The notes under the pieces were generated by a model. The model saw only the letters and a list, made by a program, of their open reading frames with translations. It ran no database searches and had not been told where the DNA came from. The position numbers and the translations under genes are program-made. A stretch of DNA of 64,000 nt from an uncultured Acidobacteriaceae bacterium (lineage in GTDB: Bacteria; Acidobacteriota; Terriglobia; Terriglobales; Acidobacteriaceae). Location: assembly GCA_963794545.1 (NCBI GenBank), contig CAWCEH010000007.1, positions 946,196-1,010,195 of the forward strand, given 5' to 3'. This document shows, piece by piece, positions 50,076 through 58,552 of the stretch (position 1 is the first letter of the stretch; every line of letters begins with the position of its first letter).

Positions 50076-50310
50076 CCCGCAAAATATTCATAACACGGGA
50101 TTTAAGCGCGACCGTAAGTCTTTGCGGCTGAACACCTTGCGCAATTCCCGCCAAAATATTCATAACAGGGGATTTACTAGCGGAAGTAAGTCCTTGCCGC
50201 TCAACATCTTGCTGGGATTCCCGCAAAATATTCATAACAGAGGGCTTACTGGATGACGTAAGTCATTGCCGCTCAGTACTTTGCACCGTTCCCGCCAAGA
50301 TATTCTATCT
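50076..50310. repeat. degenerate tandem repeat, ~72-bp unit x ~3.3
   Basis: Units start at 50076, 50147, 50220 and 50291 (periods 71/73/71). The shared core is CCCGC(C)AAAATATTCATAACAnGGGnTTTAn...GTAAGTCnTTGCnGCTnA. Confidence 0.8.
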
Positions 50311-50819
50311 AACGCAGATAGCGGTAAATTATTATTAATAAAAGACTTGCCCTCTCCAAGTTGGCTTTGCCTCACCATCACATGGGTTTACAGCGCAAAA
50401 CGCTCCCAGCCTGTTGCAGCTATCGCTGGTTTTCAAAGATCGCTGCCGCCGCCCGCAAAGCCATTCACCACCAGGGCAACAGGCGCAGACAGGCGCTCAC
50501 GGTGCCGGAGACTGACTCCAGCGCTTCTCATTGTATTTTGTGGGCAGCAGCGGGACTGAGAAGAAAACGCATTCCTCAGAACGAAGGTAACCACAATTCC
50601 CACGCTGCATGGCTACACAGGCTACGGGAAAACTCAGTTTACGGACGGTTTGTGTCAGGGCACGACTTCAGTCGTGCCGAACCGCGACGTAAGAAAACAT
50701 GGCCTTTAGGCCCTGAGGCGAAAATCGAATGACCTCATTGAATTCGCGAACGAATCTTTGATTCCTCACACTAAACCGCTGTGTTGATTGGACGCTCTCG
50801 CATCCAGACGGCTGGGTGC

Positions 50820-50918
50820 CCCGGGTCTCGTGGTTTTCGAGACCCGGGAGGTTTGTCATCGATTACCGGCCGGCCTAGCCTCGTACTCACCCAGGTCTCG
50901 AAAATCGCGAGACCTGGG
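50820..50918. repeat. two REP hairpins of the GGGTCTCG...CGAGACCC family
   Basis: CCCGGGTCTCG-N7-CGAGACCCGGG (50820-50848) and CCCAGGTCTCG-N7-CGAGACCTGGG (50890-50918). A third copy is at 53586-53614. Confidence 0.75.
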
Positions 50919-51020
50919 GCACCCACAGTTACTTGATTTCGGTGCCTAAAACAAGGATGGCTCTTGGCAGGAGACCTGGGCCACCCGCCTAATGAGCACA
51001 GCCCGACGTAGAATCGAAAT

Positions 51021-51989
51021 ATGGCGACGACTCCCCGCGACGTGTGGCATGAATTTCACGAATTGGCCGACGAGCGACCGGAATTGTGGGCGAAGTGTTA
51101 TCCGAAAATTTATGAGGGCGTTGATAGCGGGGAGTACCACTCGGCCAAGCTCGTCGGGTATTTTCTGTTATGCACTGCCATCAAGATCGAACAATCGGAA
51201 GTGCACGTCTATGAGCACTTCACCGAAACGGTTGAGGCGATTTGGGCGTCGCGGCTGGCGGCCTATCGCGTCCCGATCTTTTGGCTTGGTCGTGAAATCA
51301 CGGAAGCACTCAAATTCACCACGTTGCCCGTCACGCTCGACTTTACGACGATGAAACTGCCGTTCGAGGCAGCCGTCTTCATGTTGCCCAAAGGCTCGTT
51401 CACCTACCAGAGTGAGGCAAACGAGGTCGTGTGCGTGTCGTACGCCCGGACCGCCATGCGTGAGAAGATTCCGAGCATCAACCCCGGGGCGATCAAAACC
51501 ATCACCGGACGCGGCGATTTTAGTGTTTTTGCCGCAATGACAAGCGGTCGTCTTCTGAATTGGTCGCATCCGTGGGAGCAACCACTCGACATCGCGCAAC
51601 TGGATGCGACGATTCAAGACACGCTGAATGAACCGCTCGAAACACGGTTCCAATACGACGTCAGCACAGACGACAAGCATTTCATGGCTCGCGTCGCCCA
51701 TCTGGTTTTCAACACGTTACCGCTGATGCTCGCCAGACCCAATTTGGTTTCGGTGGGTTCATTGGTCAAACGAGTCCACGACAAAAAGAAGTCCATCAAA
51801 ACGTTCTGGTCCCCCAACATGATCGGCAAGGATTACCGGCTCAGGCGGGAATCGCAGCCACTTGGCGGGACGCACGCGTCACCCCGCGGTCATTGGGTCC
51901 GCGGCTTTTGGCGAGATCAGGCGTGCGGGTCGAACTATAGTCAGCACAAAGAAATTTGGATCGAGCCGTTTTGGAGAGGTGGGGAGTGA
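51021..51989 (+). CDS. hypothetical protein (ORFan) with a basic His/Trp/Arg-rich C-terminus
   Basis: Clean ATG ORF of 322 aa, visibly lower in GC than its surroundings. It ends ...GGTHASPRGHWVRGFWRDQACGSNYSQHKEIWIEPFWRGGE. No family recognised. Confidence 0.6.
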   Translation: MATTPRDVWHEFHELADERPELWAKCYPKIYEGVDSGEYHSAKLVGYFLLCTAIKIEQSEVHVYEHFTETVEAIWASRLAAYRVPIFWLGREITEALKFTTLPVTLDFTTMKLPFEAAVFMLPKGSFTYQSEANEVVCVSYARTAMREKIPSINPGAIKTITGRGDFSVFAAMTSGRLLNWSHPWEQPLDIAQLDATIQDTLNEPLETRFQYDVSTDDKHFMARVAHLVFNTLPLMLARPNLVSVGSLVKRVHDKKKSIKTFWSPNMIGKDYRLRRESQPLGGTHASPRGHWVRGFWRDQACGSNYSQHKEIWIEPFWRGGE

Positions 51990-52039
51990 TTTGTATGAGG
52001 GTAAATACGTCTTTAGATGATAGCCCGGTGCCGGGTTCT

Positions 52040-52430
52040 ATAAAAGGGGATGTCAAGAGAAAACACTTCTCCCTTAGCCGGAGAAGATGTAGTTCTTTGA
52101 CATCCAGCCCCTGGGGGTTGCCGAGTGGCGTAGATCCGCGGTTTGGCTAGTCGTTTTCACGTCCACACTACAGCGTCGTTGGTGCTGAAGCTGCGCAAGC
52201 CGGGCGGTGGCCCTTGGCCAACCATGGTTCTATCGGAGACTCGCCCGCCTTGGCGGGCGGCACTATGGCTTTGTTGGGTTGTCCGAGGGAGCATACGGTG
52301 CCCCGTGAGACTTGGCGCCAGCGGCGCACGCAGCCTAACCCGGCCAGGATACTTACCCTCGAACCCGAGCCCGCAGAACCAATCGACTATGGTGGAAGTG
52401 ACTCCGGTCTAGTCTTTCGGAGCTGCGCGC
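52040..52430 (-). ncRNA. candidate bridge RNA / structured 3' non-coding arm of the IS110-family element
   Basis: 390 nt without a credible ORF downstream of the transposase stop. Nested hairpins: GGATGTCAA (52048-52056) / TTGACATCC (52097-52105) encloses CTTCTCC / GGAGAAG (52066-52086). Another stem is at 52242-52259. Confidence 0.3.
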
Positions 52431-53498
52431 TCAGGCGGCTTGTGGCTTCACATATTCGGCGTCGAACGCTTCTCCCTTCTTCCAGACATGCAAAGTGATG
52501 GCGGCGATCTTGCGCGCCAGGGTGAGCCGAGCCAACTCGGGCTTCATCCCCTTTATCAGAAGGTTTTCGTAGAACGGGCGAAAAGGCCCGTTACTGCTGC
52601 TGGCGGTGGTGGCTGCACTCTTAAATAGATTTTTCAGATCGTGGTTGTGGTTGAGGTTTAATCCACGAATGAACACCGGCTTCTTCTTCCGCTCCAGTTG
52701 CCCGTTGACGAAGCCATAATCAGCGCTGCTGCGCGTTTCCAAGGCCAAGCCACAGTAGGCCCAGAACTGCCGCTTCGTACGGAAGCGGTGCGGCGTCTGC
52801 ACTCGTCCGATCAGCATGGCCACGCGTATCGGACCCAGCCACGGAATGGTGCGCAGCAACTTGGTCTCGTGATGCTTACGACACTCCAGAATCAGATCGC
52901 GGCGGGCCTCGCGGCGCAGCTCTTGCAGCAGGTCCAGTTGCTGGTAGAGTCGTCGGGCGCGGCGCTGCAACCCGCTCTCGCTCAACTTCGCTAACCACTC
53001 TTCCCGATGCCGCGTTCCATACGGCTTCTGGCCGGCACAGGCAATGGCCTGGCTGCGGTACAGCGCTTTTAATCGGCCCATGACCCGGGTGGTGTCTTCG
53101 GTGAGCGCGGCATAACTGCGCCCCAAATGCTTCACCGCCGCCGTGCTGTCCTGCCCGTGATAGACCGGCGACAACAGCCCCGCACGCAGCAGCTCGGCCA
53201 GCTTGCGGGCATCGATGCTGTCGCTCTTGTTGCCCGCCTTCAACAGGGCATTTTTACGCGGATTGCAAACCACCAACTTGGCCACCCGCCGCACCAGCAG
53301 ATCGTACAGCCAGGCGGAATGCGTTCCTTCTTCCAAGGTCACATGCAACGTCCCACGTAGCCCGTGAAGAAAATCGAGAATCGTGGCGGCATGGGTGGCG
53401 ATCACCGACTGCATCACCAGTTTGCCGTCAGCGTTGAGTACGGCTACCGAGATGGTGCTCTGGTGGACATCGAGCCCAATATACTTGATGCTATCCAT
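52431..53498 (-). CDS. IS110-family transposase (DEDD recombinase)
   Basis: N-terminal YIGLDVHQSTISVAV (DEDD_Tnp_IS110) and a C-terminal LRTIPWLGPIRVAMLIG (Transposase_20-like HhH). Confidence 0.9.
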   Translation of the reverse strand: MDSIKYIGLDVHQSTISVAVLNADGKLVMQSVIATHAATILDFLHGLRGTLHVTLEEGTHSAWLYDLLVRRVAKLVVCNPRKNALLKAGNKSDSIDARKLAELLRAGLLSPVYHGQDSTAAVKHLGRSYAALTEDTTRVMGRLKALYRSQAIACAGQKPYGTRHREEWLAKLSESGLQRRARRLYQQLDLLQELRREARRDLILECRKHHETKLLRTIPWLGPIRVAMLIGRVQTPHRFRTKRQFWAYCGLALETRSSADYGFVNGQLERKKKPVFIRGLNLNHNHDLKNLFKSAATTASSSNGPFRPFYENLLIKGMKPELARLTLARKIAAITLHVWKKGEAFDAEYVKPQAA

Positions 53499-53585
53499 CG
53501 GGTGTTCCTTTCCTCAGGCTTGGTTTACTGCTTCACACAGCAACCATAGCCTAATGCGAAAGGGGCGCCCTTTTATAATGCGTGC

Positions 53586-53614
53586 CCCGGGTCTCGCGGT
53601 GTTCGAGACCCAGG
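53586..53614. repeat. REP hairpin (same family as 50820-50918)
   Basis: CCCGGGTCTCG-N7-CGAGACCCAGG, directly abutting the putative IS end. Confidence 0.7.
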
Positions 53615-53924
53615 CCGCCCGCCTGCGTGCTCGCTGGATCGCTGGTCGGCCGATCTATCACGAGTCGTGTTTCAGAGAACACAGGCTAGATCAGAAACGT
53701 AAGTACTGGGCGAAACGGACTGAGGCGCTAAACTTCCGAGCTTCTGAACGCCAGCGTGCTCGTAAACGGCGACGAGCGTAGGGGCGGGTGTCACCCGCAG
53801 CTGTGATTCCACTCACTGATAGGTGAGCGAGTGCGGCAGCAGAATGGAGAGCGACGCCGAGCGCAATTTCTAGCCGTTACGCGGCATCTGCAGCCCTGCG
53901 GCGTCACCAGGAGGATGTAAGGTC

Positions 53925-55406
53925 ATGATCTCGGCGACGCAGGTCTACGATTACGTCAAATGCCCCCACAAAGTGTTTCTGGATGCGTTTGGTGACGAAG
54001 CCCAGAAGGACGCCACGTCTCCATTCGTCGAACTGTTGTGGGAGCAAGGTCTTGCCCATGAGAACAAAATTGCGGCACAACTCAATATTACTGTGAACCT
54101 GAAGTCGGCCGATGTCGCCACGCGCGAGCAGGAAACTCTCGCGGCGACTACTCGTCATGAGTCTCTGATATATGGTGGTCGTCTAACGGCCAGCGACCTG
54201 GTCGGTGAACCGGATTTGTTGGAATGGAGCGATGTTGGCTACGTGCCGGTTGATATCAAATCCGGTTCGGGCATTGAAGGAGACGAGAATGAGGGCAAGC
54301 CCAAAAAGCACTACGCCTTGCCACTTGCGCACTACGTGTCCATCCTAGAACAGCTCGGTCTCGGTACACCGAATCGCACAGCATACGTAATTGACCGAGA
54401 AAGCAAGCGTGTTCCCTACGCTCTCATGGAACCGCAAAGCGTACGGAATCCTGAAACGTGGTGGCACAGTTATCGCGAGGCTCTATGCGCGATTCGCTCG
54501 CTTGTTGAACAATCGTGTCCATCAACCCCAGCTTTGGGTGCAACGTGCAAGCTCTGTCACTGGCACTCGCACTGCAAAGACGTTCTCGTCGCGACAAACG
54601 ACCTAACGCTAATCGCCGAACTGGGACGCGTGAAGCGAGAAGCTCTTAGCATTGTCATTCCAACAATTCAAGCGTGCGCGGAATGTGACCCGGAGTCCTA
54701 TATCGAAAAGAAGAAAACATCCTTCCGGGGAATAGGTCCAGATAGTCTGCGTAAATTCCACGAGCGAGCTCTACTATTGACGAAACCCGGCGCTACGCCT
54801 TATCTCACCCAGCCGGTGAATTTTCCGGTCAGGCAAAAGGAAATCTATTTTGACATTGAGGATGATCCTATGCACAGCGTTGTATACCTGCATGGTTTCG
54901 TAGAGCGGATGTTCGGACAGCCGGAAACGGCACGTTTCATTCCGTATTTTGTCGACGGGACCGAGCCGATGCATGAGGACGCGGCGTTCCAAAACGCGTG
55001 GAAGTACTTGTCAGCGCGAGTTCAGGACTCAACAGTCTACTACTATTCCAAGCACGAAAGGACATGGTACAAGAAGCTCGCTGAAAAGTACCCTGCAGTG
55101 TGCTCTGTCAGCGACGTTGAGGCCCTTTTTGCCTCACCTGTAATGGTTGATCTCTACTTTGATGTGGTTAAGAAGGCAACGGAATGGCCGCTCTACGACC
55201 AATCGATAAAAACCCTAGCACAATATCTTGGATTTGAATGGCGAGATCCCGATCCTTCAGGGGCGGCATCGATTGAGTGGTATAACCGCTGGATCGAATC
55301 TGGTGATCCTGCGATCAAGCAGCGCATCCTCGAATACAATAAGGACGACTGCCTCGCTACGGGGTTTGTCGTGGATGGAATCCGTGCGCTGCCGATGAAG
55401 GCGTGA
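53925..55406 (+). CDS. TM0106-type RecB-family nuclease (Cas4-like PD-(D/E)XK with Fe-S cysteines plus a C-terminal RNase H-like exonuclease domain)
   Basis: DYVKCPHKVFLD ... GEPDLL ... VPVDIKSG ... CKLCHWHSHCKD (one plus three Cys). C-terminal IYFDIEDDP ... YNKDDC is typical of YprB-like 3'-5' exonuclease folds. Confidence 0.7.
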   Translation: MISATQVYDYVKCPHKVFLDAFGDEAQKDATSPFVELLWEQGLAHENKIAAQLNITVNLKSADVATREQETLAATTRHESLIYGGRLTASDLVGEPDLLEWSDVGYVPVDIKSGSGIEGDENEGKPKKHYALPLAHYVSILEQLGLGTPNRTAYVIDRESKRVPYALMEPQSVRNPETWWHSYREALCAIRSLVEQSCPSTPALGATCKLCHWHSHCKDVLVATNDLTLIAELGRVKREALSIVIPTIQACAECDPESYIEKKKTSFRGIGPDSLRKFHERALLLTKPGATPYLTQPVNFPVRQKEIYFDIEDDPMHSVVYLHGFVERMFGQPETARFIPYFVDGTEPMHEDAAFQNAWKYLSARVQDSTVYYYSKHERTWYKKLAEKYPAVCSVSDVEALFASPVMVDLYFDVVKKATEWPLYDQSIKTLAQYLGFEWRDPDPSGAASIEWYNRWIESGDPAIKQRILEYNKDDCLATGFVVDGIRALPMKA

Positions 55407-55502
55407 GAACGGTCCAAGCGCGGTGGTGTGAGGGGTGCACCGAATCACCACGGAATGCCTAGCCTGATTTTGGCTAGGGCGGGGCGGTTAGCTGTCCAAG
55501 TT

Positions 55503-55573
55503 GGGCGGGTGCCCCACCCTCAAGAGTCTTGCCTCATGAGAGATCCTCATGCGCTTGGGTGGGCCACCCGTCC
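55503..55573. repeat. inverted pair of the GGGCGGGTG(C/G)CCCACCC REP motif
   Basis: 55503-55519 and the reverse-oriented copy at 55557-55573. Same family as 17297/17443. Overlaps the 3' end of the mqsA ORF. Confidence 0.6.
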
Positions 55574-56005
55574 AACCTTGGCCCGGTGCCGAATGGGATG
55601 GGTTTCCCTCAAGTCGGCCAGCAGTTTCGGATGTTTGTTCAGCAGCCGGAACAGATTTAATACCGCGGGCATCGGAGTTGCCTCGCCACGCTCATAACGC
55701 GAGAATGCATTGTGGCCGCCGCCGGTCAGCCGAGCGGCCTCCCTTTGCGTCAGACCAAGCTTGCGCCGAATGCTCCGAATTTCTTGGCTCTGTTTAGCCC
55801 GGTGCCGTAACACCAGTGCATCACCTGCTGCTGCATAGCGCTTCGCGCTGGCGGCATCGAACTCCACGTCACCGCAATTCTCGCATCGCCAGCCGGAGAG
55901 TCCGTCCACCTTGGCCTTGCTGCCCTGGTATTTGATTTCGAACGTCTTTCCCTCGAAGCGGGTCATGGCTCTACGCGAGTCGCAATTGAAGCACTTCCGC
56001 GGCAT
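55547..56005 (-). CDS. mqsA: MqsA-family antitoxin (Zn-ribbon plus HTH-XRE)
   Basis: CFNCDS...WRCENCGD zinc ribbon, then IRSIRRKLGLTQREAARLTGGGHNAFSRYERGE. Starts 1 nt after the mqsR stop. Confidence 0.85.
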   Translation of the reverse strand: MPRKCFNCDSRRAMTRFEGKTFEIKYQGSKAKVDGLSGWRCENCGDVEFDAASAKRYAAAGDALVLRHRAKQSQEIRSIRRKLGLTQREAARLTGGGHNAFSRYERGEATPMPAVLNLFRLLNKHPKLLADLRETHPIRHRAKVGRVAHPSA

Positions 56006-56006
56006 C

Positions 56007-56309
56007 TCACTTCTCCTTGAACTGGATCACCGGGGCCAGGTCCCGCAATGTGATCTTGATATAAGCTTGCTTGTTCACAGGCGTGTCAGCGTGATAAACA
56101 TCCTGCCAGACGCGGTGATCGGCATAGGTGGTCATTGACTTATAGAAATTCCGTCGCGACAAAAAGCTTATGACCGCCAGCATTTCGGCCGTCGTCAACC
56201 CCATTTCGCGGCCGCCATCCAAAGCGGTCTTGGTGAATGCCGCCGCTCGCAAACGTCGCACCTGTTCCTGGATACGCGCCAATTCGTAATGTGGCGTGCG
56301 CTTTTCCAC
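56007..56309 (-). CDS. mqsR: MqsR-family toxin (mRNA interferase)
   Basis: MEKRTPHYEL..., FYKSMTTYADHRVWQDVY and YIKITL...VIQFKEK closely parallel E. coli MqsR as I remember it. GTG start. Confidence 0.9.
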   Translation of the reverse strand: MEKRTPHYELARIQEQVRRLRAAAFTKTALDGGREMGLTTAEMLAVISFLSRRNFYKSMTTYADHRVWQDVYHADTPVNKQAYIKITLRDLAPVIQFKEK

Positions 56310-56319
56310 AATGTTAGAT

Positions 56320-56334
56320 TACCCTATAAGGGTA
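56320..56334. promoter_or_regulatory. candidate MqsA operator palindrome TACCCT-ATA-AGGGTA
   Basis: Perfect 6-bp inverted repeat 11 nt upstream of the mqsR start. It resembles the ACCT-N3-AGGT palindromes bound by E. coli MqsA. Confidence 0.5.
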
Positions 56335-56541
56335 GACGCTGCAAAAAAAACATTGCGCCGGGTGTTTGACACAATCGCGCTGTTGGGTCGGGTGGCCTTG
56401 GGCAAGAATCTTGCCCCAGGTTCGCGTCCCGACTCCACACGTTACCCTGGCATCACTGACCCTTACGACCAACATCACATCCTCGTTTGATCCGGCAGGA
56501 TACAATTCCTTCGGCTGCCAAACTGCCCGGAGATCATATCC

Positions 56542-58551
56542 ATGGCCACCGCTACACCTGAGCTCGAGACCAATTCCCTCCCCGCGAATGCTTATCAGCC
56601 GCTGAAGGCAGGTGAACTCTATGTGCCGCTGGTGCCCACCAGCCTGAGCCTGCCGGAAGTCACCTGGCGCGCGGTGCTCTGGGGCACGCTGCTGTGCATC
56701 ATTTTCAGCGTGGCTTCGGCCTACTCCGCCCTGAAGGTAGGCCAGGGAATGGAGGCGGCGATTCCCATCTCTATCCTCGCCATCGGGCTGGCGCGAATGT
56801 ACCGCCGCCGCTCCACCGTGCTGGAGAACATGATCATCACCGGCATGGGCGGCGCCTCTGGCAGCGTGGTGGCTGGCGCCGTCTTCACTGTGCCGGCGCT
56901 CTACGCCCTTCATCTCGATCCCCATCCGGTGCAGACCATCTTCATCTGCCTGGCCGGCGGCTGCCTGGGCATTCTCTTCCTCATTCCCCTGCGCCGCTAT
57001 TTTGTGCGCGAGCAGCACGGCAAGCTGCCCTTTCCCGAAGCCACGGCCATCACCGAGGTGTTGGTCACCGGCGAGAAGGGTGGTTCTCAGGCCAAGCTAT
57101 TGATTCAGGCCACGGGCATCGCCGCTGTCTATGATTTCTTTGTTACCACCTTCCATGTCTGGAAGGAGTACCTGAACTTCCAATTTGTGCCAGTCATGCG
57201 AACGCTGGTTGATCGCCATCGCATGGTCTTCAACTTCGACGCCATCGGCTTCATTCTCGGCCTCGGCTACATCATGGGCCTGCGCATCTCCCTGATCTTT
57301 TGCGCCGGTGGCGTACTGGTCAACTTCGTGCTGGTCCCGGTGATCTGGTTCATGGGCAGCCACATGGGCGACGTCACGGTGTATCCCGCCACCATTCCCA
57401 TCTCTCATATGACGGCCGCCGAAATCTACCGCAACTATGTGCGCTTCATCGGCGTGGGCGCCATCGCTGCTGCCGGCCTCGTCGGCATCCTCAAGTCGCT
57501 GCGCGTGGTGGCGGGATCGTTCGGTATTGCGCTGCACGCCTTTCGCCACGGCGAAACCCCGCATATGGAGCGGACCGACCGCGATATTCCGATCATGGCT
57601 ATACTCCTCGGCGTTGTGGTGGGAGCCATCGCTGTGGCCGCCTTCTTTGGGCAGCTGCATGTCACCTGGACCGTGGTGGCGCTGGGCCTGGTGCTGACGC
57701 TGCTCTTCGCCTTCTTCTTCACCACGGTGGCCGCCAACGCCATTGCCACCACGGCGAACAATCCAGCCTCGGGAATGACCCTGCTCACCGTGATCGTCTC
57801 GGCGGTGGTACTGCTGAAGTTCGGCCTCTCCGGAACCACCGGCATGTTCTTCGTGATGGCTCTCGCCGGCATGGTGTGCGTCGCCCTGTGCGTCTCGGGA
57901 CAATTCATTACCGACCTCAAGGCCGGCTACTGGATCGGTTCCACACCCTCGGCGCAGGAGAAGGTGAAGTTCATCGGGGTGGTCGCCGCGGCGATCACCG
58001 CCGGCTTAACTATCATCCTGCTGGCCAAGGTCTTCCAGTTCGGAGAAGCTGCGCCTGGAGACGTGCGCCAGGTGCTGGTCGCGCCGCAGGCTTCCGCCTT
58101 GAAGGCCATAGTCGCGGGATTCATGAGCGGCCAGCCGGTCACCTATGTCCTGTTTGGCATCGGCGCCCTGATCACGGTGGTGCTGGAGATGCTCGGCGTC
58201 TCGTCCATGGTCTTCGCCCTGGGAATTTACCTCCCGCTGCAATTGACAACGCCCATACTAGTTGGCGGATTCCTCTCGCACCTGGTGAACAAGCGCGCGG
58301 CCAAGACGAGCGGTGAGCAGGGCAGAACCATCCGTGAACGCGGCGTTATCATTGCGTCCGGGCTGATGGCGGGCGGAGCGTTGGGTGGGGTCTTCGGCGC
58401 GGCTTTGCGCCTTTTCCCCAAATTTAGTGAGGACATGATTCAGACGCCGTTCTATAACAATGAGCCGATATCGCAGATAGTCTCGGCAGTGCTGTTTGTC
58501 GGGCTGTGCGTGTATGTGTGGTTCGGCTCGCTACAGAAAGTGAAGGAATGA
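56542..58551 (+). CDS. OPT-family oligopeptide transporter
   Basis: 669 aa with about 16 TM helices. KLPFPEATAITEVL motif characteristic of bacterial OPT proteins. Confidence 0.8.
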   Translation: MATATPELETNSLPANAYQPLKAGELYVPLVPTSLSLPEVTWRAVLWGTLLCIIFSVASAYSALKVGQGMEAAIPISILAIGLARMYRRRSTVLENMIITGMGGASGSVVAGAVFTVPALYALHLDPHPVQTIFICLAGGCLGILFLIPLRRYFVREQHGKLPFPEATAITEVLVTGEKGGSQAKLLIQATGIAAVYDFFVTTFHVWKEYLNFQFVPVMRTLVDRHRMVFNFDAIGFILGLGYIMGLRISLIFCAGGVLVNFVLVPVIWFMGSHMGDVTVYPATIPISHMTAAEIYRNYVRFIGVGAIAAAGLVGILKSLRVVAGSFGIALHAFRHGETPHMERTDRDIPIMAILLGVVVGAIAVAAFFGQLHVTWTVVALGLVLTLLFAFFFTTVAANAIATTANNPASGMTLLTVIVSAVVLLKFGLSGTTGMFFVMALAGMVCVALCVSGQFITDLKAGYWIGSTPSAQEKVKFIGVVAAAITAGLTIILLAKVFQFGEAAPGDVRQVLVAPQASALKAIVAGFMSGQPVTYVLFGIGALITVVLEMLGVSSMVFALGIYLPLQLTTPILVGGFLSHLVNKRAAKTSGEQGRTIRERGVIIASGLMAGGALGGVFGAALRLFPKFSEDMIQTPFYNNEPISQIVSAVLFVGLCVYVWFGSLQKVKE

Positions 58552-58552
58552 T

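Larger units (their letters stand above)
52039..53577 (-). mobile_element. IS110-family insertion sequence (tentative ends)
   Basis: The transposase gene is flanked by a 10-bp inverted repeat, TATAAAAGGG (52039-52048) and CCCTTTTATA (53568-53577). Length is 1539 bp. A REP hairpin lies immediately outside the right end. Confidence 0.6.

Noticed and set aside
50076-50310. Possible CRISPR array (regularly spaced repeats of about 72-bp period)
   Set aside because: Similarity extends over the whole unit in two conserved blocks, so this is not a short repeat separated by unique spacers. There are only ~3 copies, the copies are degenerate, and no cas genes are in the window. It is a tandem repeat.
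52100-52430. tRNA, tmRNA, RNase P or group II intron in the structured segment (GCCGAGTGGCG looks like a D-arm; GAGCATACGGTG looks vaguely like intron domain V)
   Set aside because: No T-arm (GGTTCGAATCC-type) or acceptor pairing. No GAGGAAAGUCC or ACAGAACCCGGC RNase P blocks. No complementary half for a domain V hairpin. The context fits the non-coding arm of the IS better.
53617-53781. Small ORF ending ...YHESCFREHRLDQKRKYWAKRTEALNFRASERQRARKRRRA between the IS and the nuclease gene
   Set aside because: Its only in-frame start lies inside the transposase gene and REP sequence. There is no independent start or ribosome-binding site. It is more likely a remnant than a functional gene.
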